A stretch of DNA of 30,167 bases from Hydrurus foetidus (taxonomy: Eukaryota), in contig UYFQ01000068.1 of the NCBI GenBank assembly GCA_900617105.1, positions 62,001 to 92,167 on the forward strand, written 5' to 3'. Position 1 is the first letter of the stretch; each line of letters opens with the position of its first letter. Below the pieces are notes generated by a model. That model was not told the origin of the DNA. It saw only the letters and a list, made by a program, of their open reading frames with translations, and made no database searches. Shown in pieces: positions 1-10,610 of the stretch. The position numbers and the translations under genes were made by a program.

Positions 1-2193
1 TCTTTGATTCTTGAAGTTGGTCTGAAGTCCATGATTTGAATTGTGTTGTATTCTGATTTTGGTGAGATGGTACCTGTATGTGTGTGTGTTTGTTTGTTTG
101 TTTGTTTTGATTTTGTATTCGTGAGTGAGAGTATTTGTATTTTTACATGTGTGTGTGTGTACATGATATATGTGTATGCGTGTGGACGTACGTGCGTGTG
201 TACGTGTCTTTGTAAGTGTGTGTGTTTTTACAATTGAAGTAGTAATGAAGGGAAGACTGTAGACTGTTTTTCTTAATCCATCTGTGCGATTGAAATAGAG
301 GATCGTGTGTAATTGCTGATCCACGTTTAATCTGGACCCACCCCTATACACGACAATAATCTGTACCGTACTTAAAACTGGTAACGTACGGTACAGATAG
401 TGTGTGCGAATGTCGTGTGTAGGGGTGGGTTCAGATTTAAAGTGGATCTGCAGTTAAACACGATCCTTGATATTGAAAATAGCAATTAGTTCTTGGAACT
501 CTAAGTCTCTTATTCTAGTTACATGGTATTAAACATAAAGCATGCTAATGATAAGCATAGAACGGAAAAAGTAAAACAAGAACATTAATACACATTTTTA
601 CTGTTTATTTCGTACCGATCGATTCCGTCACAGAATCGCCCGAACCAGCAGACCTCAGACCTCTAATTCCAGAATTTACTGCCCGACTTTTTCTTCTACT
701 TTCTGTTGCTCTATTTTGTACATTATTTGTGTTATATTCGTTTGCATCATTTGTTGAATCAAAGGATGGAAAGTGATCAATTACTGTTGTACTTTTTATT
801 TCAAGTCTGTTTTGTTGATTTTGTGTGACGAGTTCTTCTTTGTTTGATACTGCTCTACCATCTTTTTTTCTTTTTTCATTTCTAGTTCTGCTATCACCTA
901 CACCACTATGACTATTCCTGTTTTTATTTCCATTTTCTTCTTTTTCTCTACCCTCATACATATCACTAATTTCACCTGACCATTTTTTCCCACTCCATTT
1001 TTCGCTTTTCGCACTTTCTTTCCAGTAGCTATTGTGAGAAAGAGGTACAGGTAGAGGAAGTGATCTACTCAAACGGGTAAACGGAGAATCCGTAGAAACC
1101 TGAAACAAAATGACGGAAATAGATCGGATTTGGTGATATTTGATATCCGCATCTACAAAGATTGGAAAATACAAAACAAACAGAAAAATACAAATTGTTC
1201 GCAGTAAGTGAAAATACTGATCTGACTGGAGAAAATCGTCGAAAACAAACCTTTCATTAAAAAATAAATAGAACTGCTATGGGAAATCTTCATTGATGTC
1301 ACTATCAAATCAGTATTACAATATCAGTATTATTATATCAGTATAATCACAATCATCAATTTCATCATTTCTGTCACTATCAATTTGTCTCTTTGCATAA
1401 ATTGACTGCAAATTTGCATGGTTTTCTTCGTACCTCTAATGCAGACGTCGCTCTACGTACGTGCGTGCTTGAACTGGAGAGAGAAAGAACACGAGAAGCG
1501 CTAGTGTCTGCAGAAAAAAAAAGAAATGGTGTTAAGAGAATTCTATTCAATCAAGAAAATAATTCAAATAAGTAAAAAAGAGCCGAGAGGTAGATTTTAT
1601 TTAAGTGCATAATTAAGGAATTTTTAGAAATTGAAATTGACACACCAAAAAGATACAACACGATAATACCAGAAATTGAAAATAAGAGAATACAAAATGA
1701 ATTATGAAATGTAGGAAAAAAAATGTGTTAAAAATAAGAAGCAAATTTCGGCAGCAAATATTTGACGAATTCCAAAACGAAAATGAATTGAATTAAAAAT
1801 ATCAGCGACAGAAGTAAAATAAAAATAGTAAATAATTTTTAATTTTCTTGCAAAAAATGACTAAAAGAGAAAGATGAATATGCAGACACAATTCCAATAA
1901 TTCGTTTGACAAAAAAAGAGAAAAGAAAACAGTGCACAAAATATAAAATGAAAAAGCAGCAGCAAAAATGATAGAAGTATTTGAAAACCTTCACGATGCA
2001 CCGGATAGAATGAGGACCTCGGACCCTTGATTCCAGACAACAAGTGCACAGAAGTTGTGAGCAATCGTCTGTGAAGAATGAGTGTTCGATTAGTGACAGC
2101 TGCGCCATAGTGGAGTGAATGGTGATTGTAATGTAGCAAATAAGATGTAACGAGCAAAAGGGATAGCAGCAAATTTGGATAATTTTGGTTCAT
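1..2193 (-). CDS. Spliced hypothetical protein with an N-terminal hydrophobic (signal-like) segment; 3' end runs off the window
   Basis: Phase-consistent GT-AG exon chain 2193-1989, 1507-1434, 1099-616, 73-<1 gives MNQNYPNLLLSLLLVTSYLL...VHRE/DTSASRVL...SALE/VSTDSPF...TESI/GTISPKSEY... with no stops. Introns are AT-rich or microsatellite-rich. No recognisable domain. Confidence 0.6.
76..225. repeat. Imperfect (TG)n/(TTTG)n microsatellite in an intron
   Basis: Runs such as tgtgtgtgtgtttgtttgtttgttt are directly visible. Confidence 0.85.
300..466. mobile_element. 167 bp MITE-like foldback element (Mutator-like TSD length)
   Basis: Arms 300-355 and 411-466 are inverted repeats (7 mismatches in 56 nt by eye). 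Inner perfect 13 bp IR at 359-371/386-398. Flanks TTGAAATAGA (290-299) and TTGATATTGA (467-476) match 8/10. Confidence 0.75.
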
Positions 2194-2365
2194 GACCCTG
2201 ACCCTTATCCCCCTCTTTCATGCACGTGAAATTCGCTCTATTTCTATCTCTATGGCTAAGTCAGCAATTTTATTCCATAGTGGAATTCATACAGGTGCTC
2301 GTACTATCATGTTGTGAAGTGTGCGGCGTTGAACGTACTGCATGAAGTAGTACAGTAAATCTTAT

Positions 2366-2951
2366 TTACCTCCCTTCTCTTATGTTTGCATGACCTTGAT
2401 ACCATTCTTGCAGAGATTCTTTGCTCATTCCCGGTTTAGCTGATTGCAATCGATGGAGAAAGTATTTATTTTCGTTTTGGATTTGTGTCATTTTTTTCAC
2501 ACGAACTTTGCCACTTATAGTTGAGATATGACATTTCACATCATTTGTTATTTTGAAGTGTTCCATATTATCCTTTGTAATCGCGCTGACTTTCTTATCA
2601 GCTTTATCTAAACGGTTGTAGTACTGAACGTTCTCTAATGCTATGTTGTGAGCATGGCGGCGTTTAAATCCTTGTTCCGTAAGTGAATCTGGCGCCACTA
2701 ATTGATCGTCAATTCCTGCGGAGACATTCAATATCCTCTCTCGGTGGAATTTATAGCACTTCTCCACCTTCATAAATGATCAAATGCTTTAGTATCGCGA
2801 GTTGAAAGTTGCGATTTACAAAGAATACTGGTTTCATTGTTGCAAAATCTGGACTCACCAAAAATTTGGAGAGGAGACCCTCCTTATTGACAACATTCTT
2901 TCCTGCAACGTAATTGGAACCTTTCCCATCGTAGCGAATGGTTGAGGACAT
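2366..2951 (-). CDS. CFAP97/Hemingway (KIAA1430)-domain cilia/flagella-associated protein
   Basis: Exon 2951-2859 (GTGAGT donor) spliced to an exon starting at 2767 gives LLSKFL/VEKCYKFHRERILNVSAGID and later RVKKMTQIQNENKYFLHRLQSAKP, matching the recalled HR.R..../I..EN..LL.RL...KP pattern of CFAP97-domain proteins. A short extra 3' exon near 2310-2340 is possible. Confidence 0.65.
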
Positions 2952-3728
2952 AAATCAGGTTGAGGTATTTCTGAATAATGACAGGTAGCAGTCTGAGGTT
3001 GTGCTATCGATTTCAGTGCAATCTCGTTCCTTTGTCTTGCAATAGGTCGAAGCGCTTTAAACCCTCGACAAGATTGGAAAAAGGGTCAACTGCTGTCTAT
3101 TTTATCGCATATCTGACCCCATTCGGGTCCTGCTAGAGTGACTCACTGGCATCACCTCAATTTAGAGAGCAATAATTGGAGAGAAAGGACATTCAATCGA
3201 TGTGAAACGTGAAACTTGTCTATCCGCTCTCCTCTCAGCTCGCCGAAAATTTGGAATCAAGAGGTCCAAAGTTCGTTCTCAAACCGTATAAGGAGGATAA
3301 TCACAGATGACGTCCTGAACAATTTCTACCGAACTGCGAACTGCAAATTGGAGAGCTTTTGAATTTCCATATAAGCAGTATCTCTAGGAACATTTCTCGC
3401 ATTATCGGCAGAATAATTCATTTATATTTTCTGCCACTTCTCAACTATTAAGACAGTAATTCACAAAATCAATCAAGAAATAAAGTGATCCTTTAAAGAA
3501 ATTTTCTTGCCGACAATGATTTTGACTGACCGTTCTATTTGACGACCGCAAATTTCAAATTTGGCGCTGTCGAATTTAAACTCGGCAAAATATATGAGTG
3601 ATAACAGGAATGATGTGAGATTGTCTTGACAGATAGTCATGCGCGCTCAAATTTCTCTCGGGACAAAGGCGAAGTTAACGTAGTGCAAGATGAAAAAAGA
3701 GAAAAGAAAAAATCATGAAATTATGGTA

Positions 3729-4090
3729 CGGGCTGGTAGCGCCAAGAAGCAGGAAATTTTTTCGTTTTGACATTTCTTTTTTTCTGTCGAACGGTTTCTC
3801 ATTTGTGATAGCTCAAAAGAACCGAAATCATCTCTGCCACACCACCACGCTTTTCGCTTGTTTTCAAAATTCGTATTTCGTGAAATTTTACTCTTTTTAC
3901 CGAGAATAGCATGACTTTTAAGCACTTTGGTGCATAATAACAATTTACCAGCGCATTTAAATGCCAAGCAAATTACAAAGCCTCGTATGAACGATTTTTC
4001 CACATCTTTCCATCCATTTAGTTTTTCCTGAAGTGTTCCAGAAAAAAACATGAAATAAGGAATTTTACGTTTCTTGGCGCTACCAGCCTG
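3729..4090. mobile_element. 362 bp non-autonomous Tc1/mariner-type MITE
   Basis: TIRs CGGGCTGGTAGCGCCAAGAA (3729-3748) and TTCTTGGCGCTACCAGCCTG (4071-4090) match 19/20. TA lies on both flanks (3727-3728, 4091-4092). Interior is AT-rich and non-coding. Confidence 0.8.
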
Positions 4091-4200
4091 TAGATGGTAA
4101 TCTATATGATAGTAACATGGGGGGTAGTCCCAATATTTGAAGTTTGGGGGGTCTAAGTAACTGTCAACGTCATCCTAGAACTTTCGAACGGAAGGAACCC

Positions 4201-7200
4201 TCATTCCATTTGTTCCAAGATCTCACTCGCGATGTAGTCGGAGGCGTCCGTATACAGCCGTATAGGTGCGTCACTGTCGTCCAGAAAATGCATCAGCGGG
4301 CAATGCGATATAGCCTTACGGATAGCTTGGAACGCGTCGGAACTTCCCTGTGTCCATACCAGTGGGGAGTTCTTTTTGCCCTTGTGGTCAATCATATCTT
4401 GAAGCGGCTTCACTATAAGGGAGTGATTTGGTACAAATCCCCGGAAATAGTTCGCCAGTCCCAATAGGGATCTTAGGGCGTGAAGGTTCCGCGGTTTCTC
4501 AAAGTTGAGTACCGATTTAATCTTGACCATGGACATAGACAGTCCATCTTTAGAGATGACTCGCCCGACATACTCTATTTGGGGCAGTCCAAATTTGCAT
4601 TTTTTAGCCTTCAGCAGTAGGCCGCGCACGCGGAAGCGCTGGAATACCTCCTTCAGTCTTGTGAGGAACTGATCTTCATCTGATGCATACACTATGCAGT
4701 CGTCCAAGTACATCTCGCAGGAGACGTACAGTAAACCTTGAAGGACTTTGGTGACCATTTGCTCCTGGAAGTAGGAGGGGGCCCGTTTAGGTCCAAACGG
4801 TAACCGGGTAAATTGGTATAGCCCGCAAAAGCACAGGAATGCCGTGAACACACGGTGCGGGGGGTATAGTGGGGCCTGATGGTATCCTGCCGTTAGGTCC
4901 ATGACTCCAAACACCGTCGGTTTGTTGTGACCAATTCTTTCGAAGAGCCCACGGATGTTGGGGAGGGGCCAGCTGGCGGGCTTGATGCAATCGTTGAGGT
5001 TCCTGTAATCGATGCAAACCCGCACTTTGTCTTCTGTCTTCTGTACAATCACTGGGTGACTGTAATAAGATGCGTTTGATTTCTCAATAACGCCATCTGC
5101 AAGCATCGTCTTGATAGCTTTCTCTATCTCGATGTTGTTCTTGACCGACTGGGGTCGGCATGGGGTCCTGTTCCCTGGGGTCTCCCACAGAGGTTCCTCC
5201 ACATTAAACCGGAACGGGGTTAAGTCCGCGGCTCTTTCCGCGAGTACATCACTGAAGATGTCTCGGTATTCCATGACAAGATCTTTTAATCTGTGTACTT
5301 GGGTCTCACTACCCGCGAACACAAATTGCTCTAAGAAAGCTTTGGTGTCGTCCTCCCCTCTATGAAGGTCCTTGTTGTCGCTGAAGAAGGCACCGAAAGT
5401 GTCGACTTTCTCATTATCAATCTCATCAACGGAGACTATGATACCACTGGGCTTAACGCAGACAGGGTGGAGAATATCTTCGCTTGTTATAAGTGGTGTG
5501 TGCGAAGGGGTGTGATGGAGGTCGACACCCGGACGCGGTGTATCGTCCGTACGTACAGCCAAGGCAGCAACTACGTTGCCTGGAAGCTGACGACCCTCGT
5601 TGCCACGAGCCGGGCGGTTAGCAAGACCGTTGTGGGCTGCACACTTACAATCTGGCGAGCATATAGTCTGCTGAGTGTCGGTGACGGGTACCAAAGATGC
5701 GACTACATGGTCTATGGTAGATGGTGGGGGACCATACTTAGCCTTCATTTTCTCCGCGAGTTTCGCTCTCTCCTTTGCTGCTTTCTTGCGCTGTGAGGGG
5801 TTCAACTTCTCAGGAGTACGTGCTGGCAACGTCTCCGCGTCAGCGACAGCTGGTGTCAAAGCAGTCACCTTAAAGGATAGCGGTTTCGCCTTGGCCGTCT
5901 TACGGGAGTAGTCCTTAGGGGGCTTATCCGGTTTGGCCGAGATGGGCTTTTTAGCTGCCAAAGGTGGCGGTTGTGGTGCGGACGGTGCTTTGAAACCCAA
6001 AGCGGATGGTGTCAAAATGTTAAAATTATTTATCGCTAGGGTTGTCCGACCCACAATTAAATCGATTTCTTGGTCAGGGTTAACGTTAACCGTAAAGTAC
6101 ACCGTTTGTATTATATCATCGTGTGATTGAAAAATGATGCCTATGTCTACAACATTGACACTCAGATAGCAGGTGCGGTCCAGGCCACTGCATACAGTCA
6201 TAGGAACAGGTGAGGTGTAAATGTACTGCAGTGCATTCATTCTGACTAAGCAGTCACGCGAAATGAAGTTCCCCGGAAAGCTTCCTGTGTCCAGCAGCGC
6301 ATCCCCCTCGACTTGTTTCGAATGTCCCATCACCGCGTCCTGCGTGTCTTTACGCTGTACAGCAAAGATATTACAAGACAAGTAATCAGTCGGGTTAGTC
6401 GAGATGGGCGGTTGCACATCCGAGGGTACAAGGTCCGTACGTACGGGGATGGGTAAGACAACTGAAAGTGCAGGTAACGCAGTAAGCGGCTGTATGGCAG
6501 CAACAATGTCAGATGCAGGCGCGAGTGCATGGACAGAGTCTACAGCAGCTAGAGACTTACTTCCTTTGTTGGATCTTGGTTGGGAACTGCTCCTAGGCTG
6601 GGAGCTGCCCCTGGCCCTGTTGTGGCGTGACCCCTGTCCGCCGCCCTTCTTGTTGTCGTACTTACGACTGTCTCGGCGGTCATCGTCTCTGTCACGACTG
6701 CGTTCGCGGTTGGAAGAACGGCCACGGTCTGCGCGTCGCTCGCGTGCTTTGCGTTCGTTCAGATCGCGGTCGTCTCTCTCCCGCTCCTGCAGCGTGCGTC
6801 GGTCTCGCGCGGGACGGTCGTCCTCAGACTCACTGTTGTAACGGACTCGCTTGGATGTATCCGCATCCTCTGAGGACTCCTCCGCGCGTTTCTTCCGACG
6901 AAGTTCCCATCCTGGTAGATACAGGTGCTCTACGAAGGTGTCATGACCCTCAGCCATCCATGCCTTTCCCATCGCAGACTCTCCCCATAACACGTGGTAC
7001 TGGTTGTTCGTGTCATGAAGGCCCTTGAAGGGGCAGTCCGCAACCCGGTGTGTTGCGAAACCGCAGCACTGGCATTCAGTCGGATCCGTGCTGTACGCTC
7101 GGCGCTCGCTCCTTTGTTGCACTAGGTCCGACGTCGAACGAGAGGAGGCTGACGCAGCTGAGTTGCTGGGACCAGACCATCCTACCGCTGATGCCGTGGA

Positions 7201-8078
7201 CTTGACGCTAGTGGGTGGGAAGGTGTGGACGATAGAGGTATCGCCGTACTGAGCCACCTTGAATAACGCCTGGCGTGCGACTGCGAGTGTCTTGCAGAAC
7301 CTGTAGACGCATGTCAACCAGGTGTCTTCAGTCTGAGGGTTGTTGGGGTTCGACACGAACGCCACCATCCTCTCGACCTTGTCTGCCTTCTTCATGTCGA
7401 AGTAGTCGTGGCGGATCTGGGACTCTTCCGCCGCGACACGCTTCTCGAAGATCTTGATGAGGTCCCTCTGTTGTTCCTCAGTGATCTCCCCACCGTACGG
7501 GTGTACCCCTTGATGACCTCCTTGTAATCCGCCATCATCAGTATCTCATGATCTTCATTATCGATGCAGTACTGGAACTTGACTTTGGAGAACACCTCGG
7601 CCAGGGTCTTCTTCTCATCGTGTCGCTTGCCAAAGTACTGGCTGACAAGACGAGCGATTTGAAGGTGCGACAGTCTTGTCCTCCACAGGGAAACCTCCGA
7701 CTTGTTGAGGACCTTTAGGGACGGATCGCACCGGATTTTCATGTCCAGTGTGTCCATGGCCGCCTCTGTCATTGTCTGTTGGATGTCTATTGAATCCCCC
7801 ATGGTGACGGCCTGCGCGAGAAACCTCTCAGCCTGATCCGAGCTGATGAGAGTGTTTTGTAACACTAAGAGTTTCTTGTTAAGAGAAAGAGCTTTGGTTA
7901 TCGAAGAAGCCAGGGAGTTCTGGGTCTCTCCTCCCCGTGATGTTAATGAGAGGTTGAGTTCATTAACCGGGCTCGGAGGTTCTGTATTCCCTGTCTCCGC
8001 GAACCTCCTGATCTCCTCCTCTGTTAATTCCGGTTCTGGAGGAGGGGAGGGCGTAGGAAGTGGCTGCTCTGGTGTCAT
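4201..8078 (-). pseudogene. Gypsy gag-pol polyprotein, frameshifted in gag and truncated at the start of RNase H
   Basis: Zinc knuckle CQCCGFATHRVADC (~7074-7033), aspartic protease LLDTGS (~6290), RT motifs RVCIDYRNLN, DLTAGYHQ, LPFG and YLDD (~4710-4699), RNase H start LYTDASDY (ends 4234), then unrelated sequence and a stop. ORFs 8078-7392 and 7395-4201 join if one G is added to the run at 7488-7491. Confidence 0.9.
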
Positions 8079-8990
8079 CCTTCTGAAGAGCTGCTAAGCA
8101 GACTGCTTTGACCGGAGCGCTTCTTAGGTAAATTCCTCTAAGATCTTTCCCTCTTGAAAAAAATTTTGCAAGAGGTTTGCCTCGTGCCGTATCGGTTGGA
8201 CAGGTGTCTGATCGATCGGGTTAGGCAATTAAAGCAGATGAAAAATAATCAAAGGTCTTCGACTAATGGCACTTGGATCCGGTCTTCGGCTCACCAAACA
8301 GGTTCCTGTTGGCCAATCCAAAGGAGCAGGCGTTGCTGCTTTGAGTCTTGAAACAGGCTTGAAGTCCTGTTGATGATTGCCCGCGAAGTCTTTTGCAATT
8401 CAGATAGGGGATACCTATGTTGCGTCAAACAGGTATTGACTTCTGTTCTTCAGCTGGCGTCGAAAACGGCTTAGAGCTGGCAACCGATGTGGCGATCGGG
8501 TATCCGTGAAAATCTTGAAGTCCTCCTTTGAAGATCTTGAAAGCTCTTGAGATTCAGGAGCTTGAGAGTCTTGATCGGCTGTTGAAATTCAAATAGGGGA
8601 TACCTATGTTTCACCGATTGCGCCAAGTCGTGAGAAACGTGTCGAAATGACAACGTTTGCTCAAATCCTGAGTTCTCCAACCAAATGCTTTGGAAGGACT
8701 TCTGAAAACTCGGTGGACCGTGTGGACAGAAGTCTAGCTAAATAGGTGGATGGTAGTAGGGGGCCAAGTAGTAGAATTTAGAAGGGAAAGCGGAACGAGT
8801 AGATCTACTGTAGTCCAAATGAAGCTAGGAGAGGCAGAAAGGTAGTTTAGCTTACAACGGAAAGGAGGGTGGGTAAGCTTGCAGAGGTGTAAAACTCTGC
8901 ATGCAAAGCGTTGCAAGGTAGACTAACAGGCTGCGAGAGGTCAGAAGGACTCTCAGCCACATGTACGGACGGCTATACGGTACTACGTAG
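4234..8990 (-). mobile_element. 3'-truncated Ty3/Gypsy LTR retrotransposon
   Basis: Domain order gag(CCHC)-PR-RT-RNaseH. Putative LTR 3' end ...CCGTACA followed by TG and a PBS-like TGGCTGAGAG at 8959-8950. No integrase, PPT or 3' LTR is seen. Outer boundary is uncertain. Confidence 0.85.
8950..8963 (-). other. Putative LTR end and primer-binding site
   Basis: Minus strand reads ...GTCCGTACA-TG-TGGCTGAGAG, i.e. a CA terminus, a 2 nt spacer and TGG, ~880 nt upstream of the gag ATG. Confidence 0.5.
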
Positions 8991-9040
8991 GGTAGGAATG
9001 TGGTACTAAATCCTGTACCATCACACCTTTGCTGATCGTT

Positions 9041-10228
9041 TTATTTTCTCTCAGATGCTTTCAGAGATTTGGCACTCAACTTACGATTGCATTTCGCAGC
9101 CATGTCAATTGCTTTCGTATCCATTGTTAGACAATTAGTCATCTCAAAATTATAGGCAGTCTCACCGTATGGACCATACATCATGAAGAACAACATTGAG
9201 GCCGGAAAAAATTTATTGAAGTTAATGACAGATTTTTTTACGCTTTGGCTGCGTCAGCTCTTCCTCCTGTTCCTCCTGTTCCTCCTGGTCCTCATCCTCA
9301 TAGTCTTCATCATTATCATTGTCTTGTGTATTATCGAAGTCATCCTGAAGCATTTCGAACATGCGACCTGCCATCTTAAGGTCCAATGGAGGGCCATCAT
9401 TCTGGTTTTCACCAACCTCATCAACACCTGCATGGAATAAAGCATAATGAAAATTTTGCCAGCGTTTTCCCTGTAAATTGACTTGTTTTCGGGTATAAAA
9501 GCAATTCAACGGACTTTCCAATTCTAAGCATATGTCAAAATAATATCATATCTCCTGGGGAAAAATGTCAAACACATGTCACGCACTGGGTAAAGAGATA
9601 TACCTTCATCTTCATCTTCCTCAGCACATTCAAGTGACATCTCCTCGGCGGCTCTCTTGATAACATGCTGTAGGGCATTGACCTCTTTCATTCCACTGGG
9701 CATAGAACCATCAACAAGGAATTCCATCCAAAAGGCTAGGTATTTCTTCGCCTCCTTCAATGCGTCTCTCGCCTTGTTTAAGATTTGACGGCCGGTGATG
9801 ATGGTTTTCCCTTTCAGGGTAGGCTTGTAGATAACATCTTCAATGCTGGCAAGACTCAGTCCAGATAAATTCCCAAACCCACCAGCAATTCTCCCAGAAT
9901 CCCATAATATGTGGAACCTATCGTTCCCGGCGAGGAAAATTTTCACAACTCCAATATGATCTTCTTCATACCCATGGTAGAAATTATAACATTTTCCACG
10001 GAGGCCAGACGTATTCGTAGTCGAGGTCTCCAGAATAGAGGCGTAAGCGGCAACAGATAGTAGGTACTGCAGTGATTTCAGCTGCTTGGCGTTTAAAGGT
10101 GTTGGGAGAATCTTCACAATCTTGGATTGAGGAGGAGGCGCTCGGACAGCAACTTCTCTAAGACGGTCGGGTTTCGCCAGCTTCTTGAAAGAAGGATTGG
10201 TATGGCTTGGAGCCTCAGAACGCTTCAT
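9041..10228 (-). pseudogene. Spliced orphan gene, possibly a transposon accessory ORF, with a 1 nt homopolymer frameshift
   Basis: Exon 10228-9604 (phase-1 GT donor) spliced to 9427 (an alternative in-frame acceptor exists near 9524), followed by an acidic tract. Removing one A from the A7 run at 9233-9239 extends the frame as KKSVINFNKFFPASMLFFMMYGPYGETAYNFEM...ERK to TAA at 9043-9041. Confidence 0.55.
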
Positions 10229-10610
10229 CGATTCTATAGGTATATGTTCAATGTTGTGTTCGATGTTCGATACTCCGCAACATCAATACCTTCGATTTGT
10301 AATCGTCCACGTAGAACCACAACAAACGATGACGGTACAAAATAAACAGCTTCTTGTTTTGTATTCTGTCGTACCACAGCAGACGTTAAGTGACAGAATT
10401 GGGGGATAAACCTTTATGGTGGTACCACCTCTATATAAGAAATGACAAATAATACGGAGCAAGATTTGCAGGGATATGACCGTATTCCTGCAGTCGTAGA
10501 ATCGTTTTAGGGGGTCTAATTTTGGGAGGACTATCATTTGCGGGGTCACAGATCCGGTGAAAGGGGGACTACTGCCATAATCAATGCTACGTCGCTACGT
10601 CACATAAAAT

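Noticed and set aside
43..237. 64 aa Cys/Val-rich plus-strand ORF
   Set aside because: It is the translation of an intronic (TG)n microsatellite.
3713..4051. ORFs inside the TA-flanked MITE
   Set aside because: No transposase motifs; chance ORFs in AT-rich sequence.
4093..4233. 3' LTR of the Gypsy element
   Set aside because: No match to the putative 5' LTR end (TGTACGGACGGCTATAC on plus) and no polypurine tract.
7392..7500. Programmed -1 gag/pol frameshift
   Set aside because: It lies upstream of the zinc knuckle with no X-XXY-YYZ slippery heptamer. A homopolymer indel is simpler.
4144..8351. Plus-strand ORFs over the retrotransposon
   Set aside because: Antisense shadows of the GC-rich gag-pol frame with no independent motifs.
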